Part shown: positions 32,227 through 41,610 of the stretch, piece after piece
Layout: each line of letters opens with the position of its first letter
Numbering within the stretch: the first letter of the stretch is position 1
Assembly: GCA_977017575.1 (NCBI GenBank)
Contig: CDRNVI010000070.1
Location: 186,001-250,000 of the forward strand
Length of the DNA: 64,000 nucleotides
Direction of reading: 5' to 3'
DNA from: Paramoeba atlantica
Lineage: Eukaryota > Protista > Discosea
Translations under genes and position numbers: made by a program
Notes under the pieces: model-generated
Told to the model about the DNA's origin: nothing
What the model saw: the letters and a program-made list of their open reading frames with translations, nothing else
Databases searched by the model: none

Positions 32227-33400
32227 GTGAGGTCTTTGAGACTTGCTTCGCGTTCCGGATTTTATGATCCGAGGCCCCTTATGGCTCTGTTTCCACTACA
32301 CTTGTAGTGAGAGGTCCTTTGGACTTGTTTAGTGTTCCGGATTTTATGATCCGAGGCCGTTTATGGCTCCATTTCCACTGCAATTGGTGTAGTGAGGTCC
32401 TTTGGACTTGTTTTATGTTCCGGATTTTATGATCCGATGCCTTTTATGGCTCTATTTCCACTACAATTGGTGTAGTGAGGTCCTTTGGACTTGTTTTGCG
32501 TTCCGGATTATATGATCCGATGCCTTTTATGGCTCTATTTCCACTACAATTGGTGTAGTGAGGTCCTTTGGACTTGTTTTGTGTTCCGGATTTTATGATC
32601 CGATGCCTTTTATGGCTCTATTTCCACTACAATTGGTGTAGTGAGGTCCTTTGGACTTGCTTTGCGTTCCGGATTATATGATCCGAGGCCCCTTATGGCT
32701 CTATTTCCACTACACTTGTAGTGAGGTCCTTTGGATTTGTTTTATGTTCCGGATTTTATGATCCGATGCCTTTTATGGCTCTATTTCCACTACAATTGGT
32801 GTAGTGAGGTCCTTTGGACTTGCTTTGCGTTCCGGATTATATGATGCGAGGCCCCTTATGGCTCTATTTCCACTACACTTGTAGTGAGAGGTCCTTTGGA
32901 CTTGTTTAGTGTTCCGGATTTTATGATCCGAGGCCTTTTATGGCTCTATTTCCACTACAATTGGTGTAGTGAGGTCCTTTGGACTTGTTTTATGTTCCGG
33001 ATTTTATGATCCGATGCCTTTTATGGCTCTATTTCCACTACAATTGGTGTAGTGAGGTCCTTTGGACTTGCTTTGCGTTCCGGATTATATGATGCGAGGC
33101 CCCTTATGGCTCTATTTCCACTACACTTGTAGTGAGAGGTCCTTTGGACTTGTTTAGTGTTCCGGATTTTATGATCCGAGGCCTTTTATGGCTCTATTTC
33201 CACTACAATTGGTGTAGTGAGGTCCTTTGGACTTGTTTTATGTTCCGGATTTTATGATCCGATGCCTTTTATGGCTCTATTTCCACTACAATTGGTGTAG
33301 TGAGGTCCTTTGGACTTGTTTTGCGTTCCGGATTTTATGATCTTTTAGGCCTTTTATGGCTCTGTTTCCGCTACAATTGGTGTAGTGAGGTTTGGACTTT
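32227..33400. repeat. Tandem array 2: ~14 units of 80-83 bp with a 248-bp higher-order repeat
   Basis: Consensus GAGGTCCTTTGGACTTGTTTTGCGTTCCGGATT(A/T)TATGATCCGATGCCTTTTATGGCTCTATTTCCACTACAATTGGTGTAGT. The three units from 32806 recur at 33054. Confidence 0.95.
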
Positions 33401-33925
33401 GTTTGCGCGATGAGGAGATTTCGACCGGAGTATCGGAGATTCAGATCCGATTTGATGTTGTTTTTTAATGTATTGTTTCAAGTCCTTTTTGAGGTGAAGG
33501 AAGAAGAGGAGGATTGGTGGCACCATCCATAGCTTGACTGATGTTTGTAGGATGAAGGTGCTCTGGAAATGTGTGAACATTTCCTACGATTGTCACAGAG
33601 AAAAAAAGAAGCTTTTGTTTCGAATTGTTACTTTTGAAAAAGTGAAGAAAAGGGGGTATAGAAATAAGGAAGTCTACTTTTCAAAATGTGATCGCCTCGC
33701 TGTTTGATCCAGCGCGCCGTCAAACGTACCGCAGTTTAGAGCTTTTAGTAGCGGTGGTCTTTGTGAATGTTAGTGTGCTTTACGAACGGTAGGTGACTCG
33801 GGATATGACGTCCGAAACTGATCTTCGAACGATGTGAGCAAGCATATGGTCCCGCTTTTGAGAGATAAGAAGAAAAAAGGAGAAAAAAGAAGAGCTATTC
33901 GGTGCCATGGCTTGCCAGGCGTACT

Positions 33926-34078
33926 GGGCTTGGTCCCGGTTCCAAGGTGCTTATGAAGTCTGTGATAATGAGGGTGTTGCTAATCTCTGGACAGTATGCT
34001 GCCCAGGGACACAGCAACTCCCCATTATCTCGGCGTAGTAAACACGCCTTGGCTTGCCTGGCACTGTGATCGCCGAGA
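33926..34078 (-). repeat. Internal complementary region: inverted copy of the element's right-end/left-end junction
   Basis: Minus strand reads ...GATTAGCAACACCCT-CA-TTATCACAGACTTCATAA... 33969-34078 mirrors 35245-35354 (one mismatch); 33926-33970 mirrors 31021-31066. Confidence 0.9.
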
Positions 34079-34469
34079 AAAAAAAACGTGATCATGCCGC
34101 TCTCGGCAAATGCCCAGCTCTCGCGATTCTCGTGGCACGAGAAGGAGAAGGCTGAACAGAAGTCGGAAGATCCGGTGCGAAGTACGCATGAATGATTTGG
34201 ATCTGCTTGAAAGAATTTGTATGGGGGGCCTCCCCGAGAAGATGTAAAGTCCCGTGAGGTGAAGCAAGATCTCGCCCTGGTCGCTTCTGCAAAAAAGAAA
34301 AAAAAATAAAGTGTTGGTAAATTACATCCCGCTATGGGAGACGAGTAAGCGAGTAAGTTGTAGGTTGTAAATATATTGCCAACGCCGCATTATTGGATGC
34401 ATTACGCGGGTCGCGTTGATAGAAAAGGAAAAAAATCACAAGGCTAATATTAGAAGTTTTCTTTAAGAT

Positions 34470-35035
34470 GCAGGATTTTAGATCTTTATGATGTTCGCAG
34501 CCTTATGACAGATTGTTTGTGACCTTTGTGATCCGTTATTCGAAATTTTTGTGACCTATTGTTTAGAATGTTAACGATCGTTTGTTTAGAATCTTGTTTT
34601 TATTTGTTGTTTTTTGTGGTATTTGTCTTTGCGACTCATTATAAAAAGAGCCTTTTAATCGGTTATTTGGGGATCTTTGTGACCCGTTGTTTGGGATCTT
34701 TGATATACGTTATTTGGGGTCTTTGTGACCCATTGTTCAGGAGCTTTTTGATCGGTTGTTGAGGATTGGTTGTATGGGGATCTTTGTGATCTGTTTTTTT
34801 GTGATCTTTTCGACCCCTTACTTAGGATATTTGTGATCGTTTGTTTGGTATCTATGAAGTCCTTATGACTCATTGCACGGGATCTTTGTAATCGGATGTG
34901 TATATTACCTGATTGGTTTGTTTGTTTGTTATCTTTGTGATCGGTTTACTTGAAATCTTAATGACCCATTATTTGTTATCTCGTGTTTGGGATCTTTGTG
35001 ACCCACCGTTTGTGGCCTTCGTGATCTTTGTGATC
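34470..35035 (+). repeat. Degenerate T/G-rich repeats of GATCTTTGTGA(C/T)C
   Basis: Exact or one-mismatch copies near 34520, 34673, 34718, 34782, 34880, 34930, 34990 and 35022. Confidence 0.7.
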
Positions 35036-35352
35036 AGTGCTAAAAAAAAAGAAATTCTTAAAAAAAAGAGCTTATTAAACGTGCGGGTACAGCACATACT
35101 TGCACACCCTGGTTCCGTATCCCAGCCTGCTTGACGCACGTCGAAAGACGTGTTGCCGGGGAGATCACTCGGATACGGAAACGGGCCCCTTAAGTGGGAA
35201 GCATTCTGGGCTGTGAAATGACTCGGGAGAAATATTTTTTTTTCTCTCGGCGATCACAGTGCCAGGCAAGCCAAGGCGTGTTTACTACGCCGAGATAATG
35301 GGGAGTTGCTGTGTCCCTGGGCAGCATACTGTCCAGGGATTAGCAACACCCT

Positions 35353-35375
35353 CAGTTTCTGTACCTTGTTGGTAC
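35353..35375 (+). ncRNA. 3' half of an interrupted SL exon-like sequence plus splice donor
   Basis: CAGTTTCTGTACCTTGTTG|GTAC versus the conserved kinetoplastid CAGTTTCTGTACT(T/A)TATTG|GTA. GTACC-TTGTT-GGTAC forms the donor-spanning hairpin. Confidence 0.65.
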
Positions 35376-36357
35376 TTTTTTTCCTAGCTCATCTTTTCTC
35401 TCCCGGAAACGGGCATATTTTTACAATGTCAATGCCTGTTTCCGGATGGCGCTAGGAGAGGAACTGTCCCTCTTGTCGCAAAGTAGGGGTGCGCCTCCCT
35501 TCCCTCATCTCCCAGCTCCCCGCTCGGAACACGGTTCCGAGTCCCCATGCGCTGCAGGACCCTACTACGGGACCACGCGGCGTGCCTTCACTATCCGGCG
35601 ACACCGGTACTTCTGCGCGTAGGAGGCTTCCATATACCGGAAGTCTCCCACACGGCGAGCAAACACGTTGTATGCGTGTTCTAGAGGATGTTCTATGCAC
35701 CTCTCTTGCTCACCAGCCGTGGCGGATTCTGTGGGACCCCGATGCCTATGATGCATCATGAACCATGACCCCATTTGCCAGCATGCATCCATGGCCCTGA
35801 CCATGTTGTATCATGAACCATGGAAGTCATTTGTAGCATGTACGATGGGAATATCATCCGCGTCCGACAAATCCGTATATCTTTCCTGGCGCACTGCGCT
35901 TACGAAACATCTCGGGACTTCTTATCCCGATGAGGCCGTCTCTTTTCGCTTTCCTGGGGAGGATATCCCGCGCTTTTCCCTGTGTTGCCTCGGAAGGCGA
36001 AAAGGTCCAGCAGGGAGCGTTGATTGCGCTTACCCCTTCTCGACCTAATTATCTCTACAGGTACTGCCCTGTATGAACAAACAACCTTTTGTCAACCTGG
36101 TGTGCCACAATTTGACACCTAGAAAAGGGAGATTCCACCAAAAGTGACAGATAACTAGGGGGGGGGTAACGTGTGACAAATAACCATGGGGTTTACAGTA
36201 CTTGCGAATTTGTATATCCATTTGTATATCCATTTGTATATTATGTCGTTCACGTTGTATATTGTTTGTGTATTATATCGTCTATGAAAGAGTTTTCTTG
36301 AAATCCACATCAGACTTAACTTATTTCTAGCCACAGGTGTAGTTTTTCTTGAATTTC

Positions 36358-36789
36358 ATGCGAAAAGCTTTGTGCCTAGCCTCTCAAAGCGTTTTGATCC
36401 CGCGTAAACTCGCCATAAAATACGGTATTTGTGTCTCTTGGGATAGCGTGAGGCGCCAAGGCTGTGTAAAGGAAATAGAAACAGGTCTTGAATTTCTTGC
36501 GAAGGAAGATGAACTGTTTTTGTTGGACCACACTCCGGGCGGTGTCCGGTACGCTGGTCGGGTTCCAGCACTTGCAACAGACAGATACCTTAATGTGAGT
36601 GAGGAAGTCGAATTTCGGACACTTCGAACAAGAATAGGCCTCATTGCAATTCAGATTACAGGTCCGGGTGGGACTTCGCTTCGAGGAGAGCGCTATCCTC
36701 CTAAATATGGTGGACCTGAGAATCAAACGAATGAAGAGTTTAATGAATTTGCCGAGAGTTCAATCAGTTCAGAACCTGTGGAACGATAG
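36358..36789 (+). CDS. Cold-shock-domain protein (RBP16-like fold), probably mitochondrial
   Basis: GICVSWDSVRRQGCV and YLNVSEEVEF...IAIQITGPGG align with the CSD strands of RBP16 (GKVISW..., LTVGQEVEF...AENVTSPGG). The RNP aromatic residues have diverged. Confidence 0.6.
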   Translation: MRKALCLASQSVLIPRKLAIKYGICVSWDSVRRQGCVKEIETGLEFLAKEDELFLLDHTPGGVRYAGRVPALATDRYLNVSEEVEFRTLRTRIGLIAIQITGPGGTSLRGERYPPKYGGPENQTNEEFNEFAESSISSEPVER

Positions 36790-37064
36790 AACGTCGAGTT
36801 TTCTGCGCACCTTCCGATCCTTGCCATTTTTCATGAGTTCTAAAGGATGTCTATCGAAACGGAGAGAATACTCTGCATGCGCAGCTGTCCTCCCCACTTT
36901 ACAGAGTTTGCTTCAGCAGTTATTTTTGTAACCAGTTTTGACGTTTACTACAGAAAACATTTTGCTGTGATTTTTTGCAGTTTCGTTGAGATAATAGTAT
37001 ATAATTTTCTTTTTTAATGTCTTCGTTAAACTCGGTGGCTGTTTTCAACTTAGAAATCACTCAT

Positions 37065-37212
37065 GCTGTGCCCCCTCGACCCGCCCCTGTCCCCCCTGCC
37101 CCCCCTGGACACCCCCTTCGACCTCACCCCTGGGCCCCCCCTGCCACTCCCCCCTGCCCCCCCCTGGACCACCCTCTGCCCCCCCGCCCTGGACCCGCCC
37201 CTCTGGACCCCA
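37065..37212 (+). repeat. C-rich low-complexity tract (G-quadruplex-prone on the minus strand)
   Basis: Repeated CCCCCTG/CCCCTG runs. Confidence 0.8.
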
Positions 37213-37397
37213 CATTTTTTTTAATTTTCTTTTCAGTTTTGGACCACCGGAGACCCCTTTTATATTTTTTTCTATAGTATATTACTGTGTTCCTCTTTAT
37301 ATTTTCACTGCTTTTGTTCACTTTTTTTCAATAATCGAGGGTAGAGCGGTAGTTATACAACCACCGCAATAAGCAGCTATAGTGTAGAGCCATAGTT

Positions 37398-38237
37398 ATG
37401 ATTTCTCGAGTGGGTTCTAAATTATTTTCCTTTATTAGTTCCAATATTGGTCGAAGCCATAGAGATTATTCTGAAATGCACGACGTGAAAAATGTATTCT
37501 GGGAAACTTCACTACCAGAGCTCTTGATTGATGACGTGTTCAATTTAACGCTTTTTTCAATTGTAAAAGCTACAGGAGCTGAATCATTTGATACGGCAGA
37601 GTGCAGTGACCATACCCTAGAGATTGCTGCCATGTTGTACTCTATCACAGGAATTTTTATGAGCGTCAAAGTTCTCACGAGCTACCTTTCTAGAGCGACA
37701 TCTCACTTTGGCTCCTTGGATAAAGCATTAGATGCCTACACATTTATTCCTAATGCACCAGCATTACAAAGCATTATTAAAGACTCGTCAAGTGATCCTA
37801 CTTTTAACATCTCGTTGACCCGAGAATGGTTCCGGAAAAAAAGACAAGCGCGGGGAATGGATGCGAATTCGCACCCTAAACAAGAGCGAGTCTTTCGTCC
37901 AGTCTTTCAGTCAAAACTTTTGCACTGTTTAGATGTATGCTGTACATTTCCGGGCAGCGGTGTTTTTCTTTATCCAGTTGAATCCAGCGTTTTAATGACG
38001 TACGGAGGTGCGTTCGCTGGTCCATATAGCAACACTGTTTTGCGTCCGATCGACCTTTCTAGCATACGTAGAGAAATCGAACATGGAAATATAGATACCA
38101 TATCCAAATTACTTCTTTGCATTTTGCGGCTAGTTGCCAACTGTGTCTTCTTCAATGCACCTGAAAGTGATTTTCCCTGCACAGCACGCTCATTTTTGAA
38201 ACACTGCTACATCACAATTTTTGATGCATCACAATAA
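37398..38237 (+). CDS. Bromodomain-containing protein
   Basis: VFLYPV...PYSNTVLRPIDLSSIRREI...LVANCVFFNAPES, with the acetyl-lysine-binding Asn (FN) kept. Confidence 0.8.
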   Translation: MISRVGSKLFSFISSNIGRSHRDYSEMHDVKNVFWETSLPELLIDDVFNLTLFSIVKATGAESFDTAECSDHTLEIAAMLYSITGIFMSVKVLTSYLSRATSHFGSLDKALDAYTFIPNAPALQSIIKDSSSDPTFNISLTREWFRKKRQARGMDANSHPKQERVFRPVFQSKLLHCLDVCCTFPGSGVFLYPVESSVLMTYGGAFAGPYSNTVLRPIDLSSIRREIEHGNIDTISKLLLCILRLVANCVFFNAPESDFPCTARSFLKHCYITIFDASQ

Positions 38238-38909
38238 AAAAAAATAGAGCGGATGGTAAAATTCACCAAAACAATTTTCGATAAATGAAGGTTGAGGACT
38301 GGTCTCGAGGGATCAAGCGGAACCTTTAGCTACTACGCGTTACTAATGATACTCTTCTAATTACTGCTACATGTACAACCCCGTTCGTGATTTTTGGGAC
38401 AAACGTCTTGAGAGCGTCATGCGAGCTTCTTGACTGATTTGTTTTGCATAATACGTGACTCTGACAAGAGAACCACGAATAACTAGTCAGAATGCGCTGT
38501 CTTTGGCTCCATAGAAATGAGATTTGTTTTAACAAAAAATTATTAGTTTATGATATTTCGGCAAAAAAATATTTCTAGGTAGTACCTAGATCGCAAATCT
38601 CTGTCCCTGGTACAGATGTCCATAATCCTGTATCTAAGATACATAATCGGATAATCCTCCGCTCATGATAGGACTAGGAGAAAGTATTTCTTCCGCGGAG
38701 ATGTTGACTCGAGTAAACTCCGAGCCGTTCTTTAGCTTTATCCAGCGATCTGGTCGGAGCGTGGTTTCTAGACTTCAAAAAGCTTCCGTATTAAGTTCAC
38801 CCTAAACTCTACCACCAAATCTTCATTAAATCACGTGTTATTCTTGCGCAAAGTTAAGTTTCGTGTTGGATTTGTGCATATACATGAGTTATGTGTTAGA
38901 TTTATCTTT

Positions 38910-39020
38910 GTCCTATACCCAAATCAAATTACTGTCCCCCCCCTATTTAGTGTTGAGTGAAATTCCGAAAAATTCAACACTAAATAGGGGGGGGACAGTA
39001 ATTTGATTTGGGTGTAGGAC
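38910..39020. repeat. 111-bp palindrome (47-bp arms, one mismatch, 17-bp loop) containing a 67-bp TA-bounded CTGTC...GACAG unit
   Basis: 38910-38956 is the reverse complement of 38974-39020. Confidence 0.95.
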
Positions 39021-39564
39021 TCTTGAGGGGTGACTCCTATCCAGGCGCTTCTAGGCGCTTTTAGGCGCTTCCAGTGAACTTCTGTGGAGTTCGGACTTGG
39101 TAATTTGAGGATTAGCAACGTAAACCCCCCTATGTGGGGACATGGGGGGTACACTTTTTTATTTTCTAAAATTTTGTCCAAGGAAGTGGCAGATTGGACC
39201 GCGGCTATCGTTCGGTCCCGGTAATAAGGCATTTTGCACTGCGTCAACAAGAGATGAATGTCGTAAATTGTTGTTGTTTTTGTTGGTAACAAGAGCGCCC
39301 GCAATACCCTCATGCAAGCGCCGCAAGTACCACTCCGGCTCTCGGGATCCGCCCGAGTACGGGGACGCAAGGCTCTCCTAGGTCGCTTCACTAGCGTGCG
39401 TGTGTCTGTGCGTGTGAGTCAAGCCAGTTGGCTCCGAAGAGCTCTGGCTTCCTACTTCACGCATAGGTCGCGCTACCGGTTCTCCACGCGAAGCGTGATC
39501 TTTTAACACGAGAGAGTCGAAACCCTCAATCATACAAGAAGACCGGACTTTCCTCATGAGTGGT

Positions 39565-39730
39565 CAGGCGGGCGGCGCATGGGTGAAGGAAGGTGCGAAG
39601 AGGGCGTGGCAGGGGGGCGAATTGAGTGGTCAGGAGGATGGCCAAGAGTGGGGGCGAAGAGGGCAGGCCAAGACGGCAGGCGAGGAGGGCGGCCAGGGGG
39701 CGCCGAGGAGAGCGGCGAAGAGCGATATGT
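39565..39730 (+). repeat. G/A-rich low-complexity tract
   Basis: Repeated GGGCG/GAGGGC/CAGGGGG words. Confidence 0.65.
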
Positions 39731-40911
39731 GGGAAGCCTCACCAGTGACAATGAACACTCCATAGTTAGCCTACCATGTGTCAAAAAGATAAAAAACGGC
39801 TCCGTTGGTCCAAAATTGAAAACAAAAATCAAACAATGGGGGGTCGCCACACCTGAGGATGACCTCCCTAAAATATTCTAAAATATGTTATGCGGTCGAA
39901 ACCATGATAAAGTCTTGTAACTTGGCTAAACATTTCCAACAACATGATTACCACATCCTCTAACTGAAGCTAATAAGATTAAGAAAAAGTAAAAAGAAAA
40001 ATTAAGACAAAGGTCCTTGGCGCTTCCAGGCGCTCCCACCCAGAGTCACCCCTCTAGATAGGGGGGGTAAGAAATCTCCTCCCCTCAAAAGAAAGCGCTC
40101 CGCTTCGCGGCGTATTGTTTTCAAAACCATGATTGTAGTATTTTTTTCACTCGGTTGGGGATACATCTTTATGAACGCTGTGGGACATTTGTATAAAAGC
40201 CCTGTGGGGGGACATATTTTACAAACTGAACAAAAACTGCCTTGATTCTTCTCTTGGATTGCTGCTCTGTACAAACCACGCGCTCTGTACTTATCACGCG
40301 CAACGAAGACACTTTTTCATGGTTGCGAATTGTGTACATTCCAGAAAAGTGCACATGAAGACTTCAGCCTTGCGATGTGGGTCTCTTTAACCGCTTGAAG
40401 CCAAAACTACTATACTACCTAATCTTGGCCTTACTGAAATACTGTCAGACTCAATACACTGAGGGAAAGCTAATCGGTGACACTCGGTCGATCGGAGCAA
40501 AAATAGCAAAGCACAGCTTCTTGACAGTATTATCAAAACGTACGCCCACCTTAATGATAATCGGCAGAGGTATGCTAATGTTCAAGCGCGGAGTAAGGTC
40601 GGAATTTCGCCGTAAAGTCTAAATAAGCCAGAAAACATCCTTGAAGCGATTCGCCGGGCGAGCGAACTGTTTACAGTGATACCGGTTCTTGATGCAGCAG
40701 AAGAAAATGAAGAGGACATGATTTCTCCTGAAAGTGCTGATCACCCCTTTGTTTTGTAAAAGCCTTCGTAAATTTATTTACCACCAGTAGTTATTTTTTT
40801 AGATAAATTTGTTGTTAGAAAGAGCGCTTCTCTCGACGCATTTTCATTACTTACTCTATGTTTACTTACCGGAACAGAACTAAAACTTCTGAACGGATGT
40901 AAAAAGTCGAT

Positions 40912-41594
40912 GTAAAAATCAGTATCCTTGGGAAGCTTTCTCATTGATTTTAATAAATATAAATAAATTTATAAATTTTCGTTTTTTCTATAAATTATAT
41001 TTATAAAAATCAATGAGAGGGAGAGTAAACAATCACAAATAACAAGCAAAGATAAGGAAAAAAAGTTTTTGAAAAAAAATTAATAGCCGCTTCGCGGCGC
41101 CTACAACCCCGTTCACGAAAAATGGGACCATCCTTGTAAGAGCTGCGAGACTTGTTTTTAGATAATGTTTTTTCAGGCATACTCAGATTACCACAGAGAA
41201 CACCGGAGATACGTTTTTATTTTGTATTTTATCCGCTTTTCGTCTAATTAATGAAAAGATTTTTAAAAATTATAAAATAAAAAGTTCCACATTTTAACAT
41301 TTCTCGATTTTTCAGAAGACTTCTCCAGGTTTTATTTATTCGATCAACGTCCTATGAGTTGTAGCGATAGTGAAGAACTATCAAGCAGGGTGACTCTTTC
41401 GGTAAAAATCAGTATCCTTGGGAAGCGTTCTCATTGATTTTTTAAAAATAATTATAAATTTTCATTTTAATTTTTGCTATAAGTTATATTTATAAAAATC
41501 AATGAGAGGGAGAGTAAACAATCACAAATAACAAGCAAACATAAGAAAAAAACGTTATGGTGGAAAAAAATTAAGCGCCGCTTCGCCGCACCTA
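40912..41594 (+). repeat. Two ~190-bp AT-rich direct repeats (40912-41104, 41402-41594)
   Basis: Shared GTAAAAATCAGTATCCTTGGGAAGC.TTCTCATTGATTTT and ATAAAAATCAATGAGAGGGAGAGTAAACAATCACAAATAACAAGCAAA. Each ends in a GCCGCTTCGC hairpin. Confidence 0.9.
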
Positions 41595-41610
41595 TACGCA
41601 CCAAACCCCA

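Larger units (their letters stand above)
31021..35354. mobile_element. Non-autonomous element inserted at the CA of an SL-like exon, with an internal inverted circle-junction copy (DIRS ICR-like)
   Basis: CA at both ends (31021-22, 35353-54). The empty site rebuilds the SL sequence. The reverse complement of 33926-34078 equals right end 35245-35354 (109/110) fused through CA to left end 31021-31066. No RT or recombinase ORF. Confidence 0.75.

Noticed and set aside
32521-32530. U5 snRNA loop I (GCCTTTTA) in array 2
   Set aside because: An 8-nt match only, with no U5 stem or Sm site.
31390-33400. CRISPR array
   Set aside because: The units are near-identical along their whole length, with no unique spacers and no cas genes, in a eukaryotic context.
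35245-35275. ingi/L1Tc Pr77 HDV-like ribozyme, or SRP helix 8
   Set aside because: Only short words match (GTGCCAGG, AAGCCAAG). The P1/P2/P4 pairings and the SRP tetraloop hairpin are missing.
31021-35354. SLACS/CZAR/CRE non-LTR retrotransposon
   Set aside because: No poly(A) tail, no long TSD, a different position in the SL exon, no RT/endonuclease ORF. The inverted junction copy is not a feature of that clade.
35489-36048. MBD4/HhH-GPD glycosylase pseudogene (LAHQPWRIL, LYHEPWKSFVA)
   Set aside because: The similarity is a few residues in a CATG-rich low-complexity stretch, and no HhH or GPD motif follows.
40200-40750. Identifiable pseudogene or transposase remnant
   Set aside because: It reads like decayed coding sequence, but no motif could be recognised.
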